Assembly (NCBI RefSeq): GCF_964355755.1
Contig: NC_092672.1
Span: forward strand, 17,249,237-17,313,236
Length of the DNA stretch: 64,000 nt
Direction of reading: 5' to 3'
Source: Antedon mediterranea
Lineage: Eukaryota > Animalia > Echinodermata
Shown here: in pieces, positions 1 to 12,287 of the stretch
Layout: each line of letters opens with the position of its first letter
How positions within the stretch are numbered: position 1 is the first letter of the stretch
Position numbers and translations under genes: made by a program
Notes under the pieces: model-generated
What the model saw: the letters and a program-made list of their open reading frames with translations, nothing else
What the model was told of the DNA's origin: nothing
Databases searched by the model: none

Positions 1-1873
1 CCATGCAACTTTGTTTCTGATTTTAAAAAAAGGTTCATTTGTTTAGGCCTGACATTTACAACCCTCAAAATATCTCACTTTCAAAAAAAAAAGAAAAGAA
101 GTATCCCTAGAGGTTCGAACCCACTACTGCGAGCACTCAAACTTGAGCATTATCCGTTACGCCACAAACCAGTAGATGACTGAGTAGCTGATAATAGTCT
201 ATTTATATGAAATGAATGATCAATCAATGAAAAATATTGCCATGCAACTTTGTTTCTGATTTTAAAAAATGTCCACTTGTTTAGGCCTGACATTTACAAC
301 CCTCAAAATATCTCACTTTTAAAAAACCATATTTATTTTCAATTTAAAAAAAAAAGAAAAAAAATATCCCTGGTGGTTCGACCCACTACTCAGAGCACTC
401 AAACCTGAGCATTACCCGTTACGCCACAAACCAGTAGATGACTGAAGAGCTGATAATAGTCTATTTATATGAAATGAATGATCAATCAATGAAAAATAAT
501 GCCATGCAACTTTGTTTCTGATTTAAAAAAAGATCCATTTGTTTAGGCCTGACATTCACAACCCTAAAAAATATCTCATTTAAAAAAAAATATTTATTTT
601 CAATAAGAAAAAAAAAAAATATACCTTGAGGTAGGAACCCGCTTCTGAGAGCACTCAAACCTGGGTATTACCCGTTACGCCACAAACCAGTAGATAACTG
701 AAGAGCTGATAATAGTCTATTTATATGAAATTAATGATCAATCAATGAACAATAATGCCATGCAACTTTGTTTCTTATTTTAAAAAAAGGTTCATTTGTT
801 TAGGTCTGACATTTACAACCCTCAAAATATCTCACTTTGAAAAAAAATATTTATTTTCAATTAAAAAAAAAAAGAAAAGAAATATCCCTAGAGGTACGAA
901 CCCACTACTGCGAGAACTCAAACTTGAGCATTATTATAGTCTATGAATGAATGATCAATCAATAAAAAAAATAATGCCATGCAACTTTGTTTCTGATTTT
1001 AAAAAATGTCCACTTGTTTATGCCTGACATTTACAAACCTCAAAATATCTCTCTTTTAAAAAACATATTTTTTTTTCAATTTAAAAAAAAAGGAAAAAAA
1101 ATATCCCTAGAGGTTCGACCCACTACTCAGAGCACTCAAACCTGAGCATTACCCGTTACGCCACAAACTAGTAGATGACTGAAGAGCTGATAATAGTTTA
1201 TTTATATGAAATGAATGATCAATCAATGAAAAATAATGCCATGCAACTTTGTTTCTGATTCTAAAAAAGATCCATTTGTTTAGGCCTTACATTTACAAGC
1301 CTCAAAATATCTCACTTTCAAAAACAATATTATTTTCAAATAAAAAAAAATATCCTTACAGGTTGGAACCCGCTACTGAGAGAACTCAAACCTGGGTATT
1401 ACCCGTTACGCCACAAACCAGTAGATAACTGAAGATCTGATAATAGTCTATTTATATGAAATTAATGATCAATCAATGAAAAATAATGCCATGCAACTTT
1501 GTTTCTGATTTTAAAAAGGGTTCACTTGTTTGGGCCTGACATCTACAACCCTCAAAATATCTCACTTTCAAAAACTATATTATTTTCAATAAAAAAAAAA
1601 AAGAAACGAAAAATCCGTAGAGGTTCGAACCCACTAGTGAAAGCATTCAAACTTGAGCATTACCCGTTACGCCACAAACCAGTAGATGACTGAAGAGCTG
1701 ATAATACTCTATTTATATGAAATAAATAATAAATCAATGAAAAATAATGCCATGCAACTTTGTTTCTGATTTTTAAAAAAGGTTCATTTGTTTAGGCCTG
1801 ACATTTACAACCCTCAAAATATCTCATTTTCAAAAAAAATATTTATTTTCAATTAACAAAAAAAAGAAAAGAA

Positions 1874-1944
1874 ATATCCCTAGAGGTTCGAACCCACTAC
1901 TACGAGCACTCAAACTTGAGCATTATCCGTTACGCCACAAACCA
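1874..1944 (-). pseudogene. Representative tRNA-derived Pol III-type unit carried by most satellite monomers (degenerate tRNA, not a functional cloverleaf)
   Basis: Minus strand: A box TGGCGTAACGG (1937-1927), D stem GCGT/ATGC, B box GGTTCGAACC (1894-1885) at tRNA-like spacing, then T runs. Acceptor and anticodon stems do not pair. Confidence 0.75.
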
Positions 1945-1972
1945 GTAGATCACTGAGTAGCTGATAATAGTC

Positions 1973-1980
1973 TATTTATA
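1973..1980 (-). promoter_or_regulatory. Representative TATA box (TATAAATA) at about -36 to -29 of the tRNA-like unit; present in most monomers
   Basis: Plus-strand tatttata lies ~29-36 nt upstream (minus-strand sense) of the inferred tRNA position 1. The AT-rich context lowers specificity. Confidence 0.45.
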
Positions 1981-3061
1981 TGAAATGAATGATCAATCAA
2001 TGAAAAATAATGCCATGCAACTTTGTTTCTGATTTTAAAAAATGTCCACTTGTTTAGGCCTGACATTTACAACCCTCAAAATATCTCACTTTCAAAAAAC
2101 CATATTTATTTTCAATTTAAAAAAAAAATTTAAAAAAATATCTCTAAAGGTTCGACCCACTACTCAGAGCACTCAAACCTGAGCATTACCCGTTACGCCA
2201 CAAACCAGTAGATGACTGAAGAGCTGATAATAGTCTATTTATATGAAATGAATGATCAATCAATGAAAAATAATGCCATGCAACTTTGTTTCTGATTTTA
2301 AAAAATGTCCACTTGTTTAGGCCTGACATTTACAACCCTCAAAATATCTCACTTTTAAAAAACCATATTTATTTTCAATTTAAAAAAAAAAAAAAAAAAA
2401 ATATCCCTAAAGGTTCGACCCACTACTCAGAGCACTCAAACCTGAGCATTACCCGTTACGCCACAAACCAGTAGATGACTGAAGAGCTGATAATAGTCTA
2501 TTTATATGAAATGAATGATCAATCAATGAAAAATAATGCCATGCAACTTTGTTTCTGATTTTAAAAAAGATCCATTTGTTTAGGCCTGACATTCACAACC
2601 CTAAAAAATATCTCATTTTCAAAAAAAATATTTATTTTCAATAAGAAAAAAAAAGCAATATACCTAGAGGTTGGAACCCACTACTGAGAGCACTCAAACC
2701 TGGGAATTACCCGTTACGCCACAAACCAGTAGATAACTGAAGAGCTGATAATAGTCTATTTATATGAAATAAATAATAAATCAATGAAAAATAATGCCAT
2801 GCAACTTTGTTTCTGATTTTAAAAAAAGGTTCATTTGTTTAGGCCTGACATGAAATGTCCACTTGTTTAGGCCTGACATTTACAACCCTCAAAATATCTC
2901 ACTTTCAAAAAACCATATTTATTTTCAATTTAAAAAAAAAATTAAAAAAAATATCTCTAAAGGTTCGACCCACTACTCAGAGCACTCAAACCTTAGCATT
3001 ACCCGTTACGCCACAAACCAGTAGATGACTGAAGAGCTGATAATAGTCTATTTATATGAAA

Positions 3062-5609
3062 CTAGATGGCACGCTCGCTTCGCTCGCGTACCATCTAGGG
3101 GTGCTCACAGATGGTTCTCGAATACAGTAGAATCCACGGACGGGGACTTTTTTAGGACACTAAACAAAAACGGAAGTGTCCCCCTAATTGGGGTATTCAG
3201 AAATAGAGACAACAAAACCAATACTGGATTCCATAAAGGACAATTAATTTATGTGGATTAAAGAAATTAGGGAGAAATGGAAATGTATGTACGGGAATTG
3301 GGCGGCGGCACGTTGTGGTGGTGATGGAACCGCAGTAATAAAGTTGATTGTATTTATATATTATAAGAACCAAACTAAATAAATAGACCTAGACATTCTG
3401 CGAAATGGAAATCGGAAATTCAAGCTCCTATTCAGTGAAAAATTAAACTGTAGTCTACCTAAATATTTAGGGCAAATCATCGGTTGTGGTGTTGAACTTC
3501 CTGTAAACATTTGTGTGAACCAAACTGGGTCGAATTTCTGTCATGAGTACTGATTTGTTGGCCTGTGATTTATGACGCCTAAGGGATCTATCTAGACTTA
3601 TTTTTTAGAATAATGTACGTACCTGTCAGATACAATTGTCTTGTGTCGTATAATAAATAAGTACTGTAATAGTTACTGAAGTTACTATTACAATCTCGTC
3701 AATGAAAACACGAAAATGTATATGCACTTACTTATGAAAACGTATACAGTATTATACTCAGTTATTGAAACAGTAGGTTTAAAAAAGTTTCGTTTGTCTG
3801 TAAAATGATGTAATCAAGCTGTTTACATGAGTCTTAATTTATAAGCACATCAATAATAAAATAGTTTATCTATCCTGTAATTGGCGAGATTATGGTCGCT
3901 GTTGAATGAAATAAAGCCAATCGGTATCATATTTGTACAGAAACGTTTTCGCGGCCGAAGGGTGTAACCTAAATTCGTTGTATTATCGTCAAGAACTAAC
4001 TGTAACTAAACTTACATAGAAAGTAGGGTATCATAAATTTGGCCTTAGCACTCGGGGGAGTGGCTAAGATGAAGTCCGTGGGACTACTAAATATAAATTG
4101 TAATGAACCTCGAGGGACATAAATAGGAATATTTCATGTTTCATTACCAATGTATAATAAATGGAAACTGTTTACCGATTCAAATAATAGAAATTGGTTT
4201 TTTAACATTTTCCGAACCTATTGCAAGTTTATTCTCAAAGGGCCCATATATTTACCTACCGTATGTGTTAAACCAAGGGCTCATAAATTTACCTACAGTA
4301 CTTGTGTTAAACCAAACTGGATGTTCCATTCATCGCAAATCAATACATTTGTATAATCGTATATTAAATCTATCAAAATAGTATTTTTTAAAGAAAATCG
4401 GCCTGTCTTCAACATTATGATGGTGTACTCTAGCAATCTATCAAAATAGTATTTTTAAAAGAAAATCGGCCTGTCTTCAACATTATGATGGTGTACTCTA
4501 GCTGTTCAACCGGTTTTCAGCTATTAAAAACAATTATCGTAGGAGGAGATAGGAAAATGCGAAGCCTCCTCGCTATGTAACATTAGGGTTGAGGGATGGG
4601 AAAGCGGATAGGTACAAAGAGGAACAATTTTTAAATATATTCTTTATCCACTGAGTAACGAAATATTTTGTTCATGTTTTATAGGCCTATAAATAATATA
4701 CCTCTAAATACAGTAGGCCTAAAACATTTGCGATTTAATACTTTGTTAAAACTGTCACTGTCATAATCGATTGAAATATTAAAGTACATGTCACGATACA
4801 CCACTACGACGTTTATATTTTTGGTAATTATTAATTAATACAAACGTTGAGAAGGAACTGTCAGTATAAAGTTTATTTGTATATCTAACAGTAGAGCCTA
4901 TCCACAGTCTCAGTAATAAAGTTTATTTGTATATATTTTTATATTACATCTAACAGTACGAACATTCACAGTAAGAAATGTTCGATTCAAATGAAAAATA
5001 GTTAATAGGTATTTACAGTATTGTCAAAGTATTGCAAGTTTATTCTCAAAGGGCCCATATATTTACCTACCATATGTGTTAAACCAAGGGCTCATAAATT
5101 TACCTACAGTACTTGTGTTAAACCAAACTCTGGCAGACTGAGAGATTGGGATGTTCCATTCATCGCAAATCAATACATTTGTATAATCGTATATTAAATC
5201 TATCAAAATAGTATTTTTTAAAGAAAATCGGCCTGTCTTCAACATTATGATGGTGTACTCTAGCTGTTCAACCGGTTTTCAGCTATTAAAAACAATTATC
5301 GTAGGAGGAGATAGAAAAATGCGAAGCCTCCTCGCATTTTTTTGGCGGGTATTTTTCAAGATGGACATCCATTAGACAGTGTATACCACGATCGGAAAAC
5401 ACCCCTATTTGGGGCAAATCTTTGAACCTAAATTCGTTTTAATCGTCAATAACTAATTATCTAACTCAATTTAACTAGTAAACAGGGTTACATCAGGCGG
5501 TTAAAATCAGTACCGAAAGTACGAACCAACTTTACATACCATCGAGTGAAAATTCTAGAAGTAAGGCGCGATTTACCGAATTTTGCCCTTACGTAAATTT
5601 ATATATAGA
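3062..5609 (-). mobile_element. Non-autonomous Helitron (2548 bp)
   Basis: Minus strand starts TCTATATAT and ends CTAG. Inserted between A and T of the satellite motif tatgaaa^tgaatg with no TSD. 3' hairpin at 3062-3098, no long ORF, and empty-site paralogs elsewhere (e.g. ~10890). Confidence 0.92.
4220..5335. repeat. Internal direct repeats in the Helitron (~4220-4573 vs ~5031-5335; ~68-bp tandem duplication at ~4367-4502)
   Basis: attgcaagtttattctcaaagggccc...aaatgcgaagcctcctcgc occurs twice; aatctatcaaaatag...tactctagc occurs in tandem in the first copy. Confidence 0.9.
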
Positions 5610-6491
5610 TGAATGATCAATCAATGAAAAATAATGCCATGCAACTTTGTTTTTGATTTTAAAAAATGTCCACTTGTTTAGGCCTGACATTTAGAACCCT
5701 CAAAATATCTCACTTTTAAAAAACCATATTTATTTTCAAATTTAAAAAAAAATAAAAAAAAATATCCCTAAAGGTTCGACCCACTACTCAGAGCACTCAA
5801 ACCTGAGCATTACCCGTTACGCCACAAACCTGTAGATGACTGAAGAGCTGATAATAGTCTATTTATATGAAATGAATGATCAATCAATGAAAAATAATGC
5901 CATGCAACTTTGTTTCTGATTTTAAAAAAGATCCATTTGTTTAGGCCTGACATTCACAACCCTAAAAAATATCTCATTTTCAAAAAAAATATTTATTTTC
6001 AATAAGAGAAAAAAAAGCAATATACCTAGAGGTTGGAACCCGCTACTGAGAGCACTCAAACCTGGGAATTACCCGTTACGCCACAAACCAGTAGATAACT
6101 GAAGAGCTGATAATAGTCTATTTATATGAAATAAATAATAAATCAATGAAAAATAATGCCATGCAACTTTGTTTCTGATTTTAAAAAAAGTCCACTTGTT
6201 TAGGCCTGATATTTACAACCCTCAAAATATCTCACTTTCAAAAACAATATTTATTTTCAATTAAAAAAAAAATCCCTAGAGGTTCGAACCCACTACTGAG
6301 AGAACTCAAACCTGAGCATTATCCGTTACGCCACAAGCCAGTAGATGACTGAGGAGCTGATAATAGTCTATTTATATAAAATGAATGATCAATCAATCAA
6401 TGAAAAATAATGTCACGCAACTTTGTTTCTGATTTTAAAAAAGGTCCACTTGTTTAGGCCTGACATTTACAACCCTCAAAATATCTCACTT

Positions 6492-7005
6492 TAGTGGGAA
6501 AGATGGTATTGTCAGTAATTCGCGGTCAACACGCCACACTGTTGAATTTTGATTTTGTTAATCAATGTTGCTACATTGGTAGCGAAATGTCCGATTCATG
6601 CAAGATATTGTATTGTAATATGTTATGAATAAACATTTATGGATGGTAGTTGGTGTGTATCGCCGCACCGTCCCAGAATAAACATGTTTTGAACAGATAG
6701 TTTGTCTCCGATGATTTTTGTATGGGGTTAATGGAGAGTGAAATAGATCAAATATAGAACATTTGCAAAGATGCCGATTTCCAGACTGATTTCGAAACTT
6801 AGACTAATTCCGCCGCCGGGCTGGGCCTTAGGCATATACGAAGTCGAGTTTTTAAAGTAGAAAACTCTACCTAAACTTTTGAATTCGCATCTGGATAGTT
6901 GAATTTTGAACAAATATCATAAATATCATAGGTGATTATGTATGGTAATAAGTATAAGTATAAGTGCAATTCTGGGCTCTATTTTCATTATTAGCTCTGC
7001 CCCAA
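6492..7005 (+). repeat. 514-bp non-satellite block embedded in the array, copy 1
   Basis: tagtgggaaagatgg...agctctgccccaa; near identical to 11774, 18077, 26283 and to the flank copy at 44388. Confidence 0.95.
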
Positions 7006-10000
7006 TAATAATGCCATGCAACTTTGATTCTGATTCTAAAAAAGATCCATTTGTTTAGGCCTGGAAATTCACAACCCTAAAAAATATCTCATTTTCAAAA
7101 AAAATATTTATTTTCAATAAGCAAAAAAAAGCAATATCCCTAGAGGTTGGAACCCGCTACTGAGAGCACTCAAACCTGGGTATTACCCGTTACACGCCAC
7201 AAACCAGTAGATAACTGAAGAGCTGATAATAGTCTATTTATATGAAATTAATGATCAATCAATGAAAAATAATGCCATGCAACTTTGTTTCTGATTTTAA
7301 AAAAAGTTTCATTTGTTTAGGCCTGACATTTAAAACCCTCAAAATATCTCACTTTCAAAAAAAATATTTATTTTCAATTAAAAAAAAAGAAAAGAAATAT
7401 CCCTAGAGGTTCGAACACACTACTGCGAGCACTCAAACTTGAGCATTATCCGTTACGCCACAAACCAGTAGATGACTGAATAGCTGATAATAGTCTATTA
7501 ATATGAAATGAATGATCAATCAATGAAAAATAATGCCATGTAACTTTGTTTCTGATTTTAAAAAATTTCCACTTGTTCAGGCCTGACATTTACAACCCTC
7601 AAAATATCTCACTTTTAAAAAACCATATTTATTTTCAATTTAAAAAAAAAAAAAAAAAAATATCCCTAGAGGTTCGACCCACTACTCAGAGCACTCAAAC
7701 CTGAGCATTACCCGTTACGCCACAAACCAGTAGATGACTGAAAAGCTCATAATAGTTTATTTATATGAAATGAATGATTAATCAATGAAAAATAATGCCA
7801 TGCAACTTTGTTTCTGATTCTAAAAAAAGTTCATTTGTTTAGGCCTGACATTTACAACCCTCAAAATATCTCACTTTCAAAAAAAATATTTATTTTCAAT
7901 TAAAAAAAAAAGAAAAGAAATATCCCTAGAGGTTCGAAACCACTACTGCGAGCACTCAAACTTGAGCATTACCCGTTACGCCTCAAACCAGTAGATGACT
8001 GAGTAGCTGATTATACTCTATTTATATGAAATGAATGATCAATCAATGAAAAATAATGCCATGCAACTTTGTTTCTGATTGAAAAAAATGTTCACTTGTT
8101 TAGGCCTGACATTTACAACCCTCAAAATATCTCACTTTCAAAAACAATATTTATTTTCAAATAAAAAAAAATATCCTTACAGGTTGGAACCCGCTACTGA
8201 GAGAACTCAAACATGGGTATTACCCGTTACGCCACAAACCAGTAGATAACTGAAGATCTGATAATAGTATATTTATATGAAATTAATGATCAATCAATGA
8301 AAAATAATGCCATGCAAATTTGTTTCTGATTTTAAAAAAGGTTCACTTGTTTAGGCCTGACATTTACAACCCTCAAAATATCTCACTTTCAAAAACAATA
8401 TTATTTTCAATAAAAAAAAAAGAAACAAAATATCCCTAGAGGTTCAAACCCACTAGTGAAAGCACTCAGACTTGAGCATTACCCGTTACGCCACAAACCA
8501 GTAGATGACTGAAGAGCTGATAATACTCTATTTATATGAAATAAATAATAAATCAATGAAAAATAATGCCATGCAACTTTGTTTCTGATTTTAAAAAAAG
8601 GTTCATTTGTTTAGGCCTGACATTTACAACCCTCAAAATATCTCACTTTCAAAAAAAAAAGAAAAGAAATATCCCTAGAGGTTCGAACCCACTACTGCGA
8701 GCACTCAAACTTGATCATTATCCGTTACGCCACAAACCAGTAGATCACTGAGTAGCTGATAATAGTCTATTTATATGAAATGAATGATCAATCAATGAAA
8801 AATAATGCCATGCAACTTTGTTTCTGATTTTAAAAAAAGTCCACTTGTTCATGCCTGACATTTACAACCCTCAAAATATCTCACTTTTAAAAAAACATAT
8901 TTATTTTCAATTTTAAAAAAAAGAAAAAAAAATATCCCTAGAGGTTCGACCCACTACTCAGAGCACTCAAACCTGAGCATTACCCGTTACGCCACAAACT
9001 AGTAGATGACTGAAGAGCTGATAATAGTTTATTTATATGAAATGAATGATCAATCAATGAAAAATAATGCCATGCAACTTTGTTTCTGATTCTAAAAAAG
9101 ATCCATTTGTTTAGGCCTTACATTTACAAGCCTCAAAATATCTCACTTTCAAAAACAATATTATTTTCAAATAAAAAAAAATATCCTTACAGGTTGGAAA
9201 CCCGCTACTGAGAGAACTCAAACCTGGGTATTACCCGTTACGCCACAAACCAGTAGATAACTGAAGATCTGATAATAGTCTATTTATATGAAATTAATGA
9301 TCAATCAATGAAAAATAATGCCATGCAACTTTGTTTCTGATTTTAAAAAGGGTTCACTTGTTTGGGCCTGACATCTACAACCCTCAAAATATCTCACTTT
9401 CAAAAACTATATTATTTTCAATAAAAAAAAAAAAAACGAAAAATCCGTAGAGGTTCGAACCCACTAGTGAAAGCATTCAAACTTGAGCATTACCCGTTAC
9501 GCCACAAACCAGTAGATGACTGAAGAGCTGATAATACTCTATTTATATGAAATAAATAATAAATCAATGAAAAATAATGCCATGCAACTTTGTTTCTGAT
9601 TTTAAAAAAAGGTTCATTTGTTTAGGCCTGACATTTACAACTCTCAAAATATCTCATTTTCAAAAAAAATATTTATTTTCAATTAACAAAAAAAAAGAAA
9701 AGAAATATCCCTAGAGGTTCGAACCCACTACTACGAGCACTCAAACTTGAGCATTATCCGTTACGCCACAAACCAGTAGATCACTGAGTAGCTGATAATA
9801 GTCTATTTATATGAAATGAATGATCAATCAATGAAAAATAATGCCATGCAACTTTGTTTCTGATTTTAAAAAATGTCCACTTGTTTAGGCCTGACATTTA
9901 CAACCCTCAAAATATCTCACTTTCAAAAAACCATATTTATTTTCAATTTAAAAAAAAAATTTAAAAAAATATCTCTAAAGGTTCGACCCACTACTCAGAG

Positions 10001-11773
10001 CACTCAAACTTGAGCATTACCCGTTACGCCACAAACCAGTAGATGACTGAAGAGCTGATAATAGTCTATTTATAAGAAATGAATGATCAATCAATGAAAA
10101 ATAATGCCATGCAACTTTGTTTCTGATTTTTAAAAATGTCCACTTGTTTAGGCCTGACATTTACAACCCTCAAAATATCTCACTTTTAAAAAACCATATT
10201 TATTTTCAATTTTTAAAAAAAATAAAAAAAAATATCCCTAAAGGTTCGACCCACTACTCAGAGCACTCAAACCTGAGCATTACCCGTTACGCCACAAACC
10301 AGTAGATGACTGAAGAGCTGATAATAGTCTATTTATATGAAATGAATGATCAATCAATGAAAAATAATGCCATGCAACTTTGTTTCTGATTTTAAAAAAG
10401 ATCCATTTGTTTAGGCCTGACATTCACAACCCTAAAAAATATCTCATTTTCAAAAAAAATATTTATTTTCAATAAGAAAAAAAAAGCAATATACCTAGAG
10501 GTTGGAACCCGCTACTGAGAGCACTCAAACCTGGGAATTACCCGTTACGCCACAAACCAGTAGATAACTGAAGAGCTGATAATAGTCTATTTATATGAAA
10601 TAAATAATAAATCAATGAAAAATAATGCCCTGCAACTTTGTTTCTGATTTTAAAAAAAGGTTCATTTGTTTAGGCCTGACATGAAATGTCCACTTGTTTA
10701 GGCCTGACATTTATAACCCTCAAAATATCTCACTTTCAAAAAACCATATTTATTTTCAATTTAAAAAAAAAATTAAAAAGAATATCTCTAAAGGTTCGAC
10801 CCACTACTCAGAGCACTCAAACCTTAGCATTACCCGTTACGCCACAAACCAGTAGATGACTGAAGAGCTGATAATAGTCTATTTATATGAAATGAATGAT
10901 CAATCAATGAAAAATAATGCCATGCAACTTTGTTTTTGATTTTAAAAAATGTCCACTTGTTTAGGCCTGACATTTACAACCCTCAAAATATCTCACTTTT
11001 AAAAAACCATATTTATTTTCAAATTTAAAAAAAAATTAAAAAAAATATCCCTAAAGGTTCGACCCACTACTCAGAGCACTCAAACCTGAGAATTACCCGT
11101 TACGCCACAAACCAGTAGATGACTGAAGAGCTGATAATAGTCTATTTATATGAAATGAATGATCAATCAATGAAAAATAATGCCATGCAACTTTGTTTCT
11201 GATTTTAAAAAAGATCCATTTGTTTAGGCCTGACATTCACAACCCTAAAAAATATCTCATTTTCAAAAAAAATATTTATTTTCAATAAGAGAAAAAAAAG
11301 CAATATACCTAGAGGTTGGAACCCGCTACTGAGAGCACTCAAACCTTGAAATTACCCGTTACGCCACAAACCAGTAGATAACTGAAGAGCTGATAATAGT
11401 CTATTTATATGAAATAAATAATAAATCAATGAAAAATAATGCCATGCAACTTTGTTTCTGATTTTTAAAAAAGTCCACTTGTTTAGGCCTGATATTTACA
11501 ACCCTCAAAATATCTCACTTTCAAAACAATATTTATTTTCAATTAAAAAAAAAATCCCTAGAGGTTCGAAGCCACTACTGAGAGCACTCAAACCTGAGCA
11601 TTATCCGTTACGCCACAAGCCAGTAGATGACTGAGGAGCTGATAATAGTCTATTTATATGAAATGAATGATCAATCAATCAATGAAAAATAATGTCACGC
11701 AACTTTGTTTCTGATTTTAAAAAAGGTCCAATTGTTTAGGCCTGACATTTACAACCCTCAAAATATCTCACTT

Positions 11774-12287
11774 TAGTGGGAAAGATGGTATTGTTAGTAA
11801 TTCGCGGTCAACACGCCACACTGTTGAATTTTGATTTTGTTAATCAATGTTGCTACATTGGTAGCGAAATGTCCGATTCATGCAAGATATTGTATTGTAA
11901 TATGTTATGAATAAACATTTATGGATGGTAGTTGGTGTGTATGGCCGCACCGTCCCAGAATAAACATGTTTTGAACAGATAATTTGTCTCCGATGATTTT
12001 TGTATGGGGTTAATGGAGAGTGAAATAGATCAAATATAGAACATTTGCAAAGATGCCGATTTCCAGACTGATTTCGAAACTTAGACTAATTCCGCCGCCG
12101 GGCTGGGCCTTAGGCATATACGAAGTCAAGTTTTTAAAGTAGAAAACTCTACCTAAACTTTTGAATTCGCATCTGGATAGTTGAATTTTGAACAAATATC
12201 ATAAATATCATAGGTGATTATGTATGGTAATAAGTATAAGTATAAGTGCAATTCTGGGCTCTATTTTCATTATTAGCTCTGCCCCAA
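11774..12287 (+). repeat. 514-bp non-satellite block, copy 2
   Basis: Same sequence and same junctions as copy 1. Confidence 0.95.

Noticed and set aside
1874-1944. Functional tRNA gene cluster
   Set aside because: Acceptor and anticodon stems do not pair and the T stem is only 3/5; the isotype cannot be assigned (weak Gln/Arg resemblance).
6728-6913. 61-aa minus-strand ORF in the 514-bp block
   Set aside because: TTG start, no recognisable domain, and it is not listed as an ORF in the flank copy; conservation reflects recent duplication.
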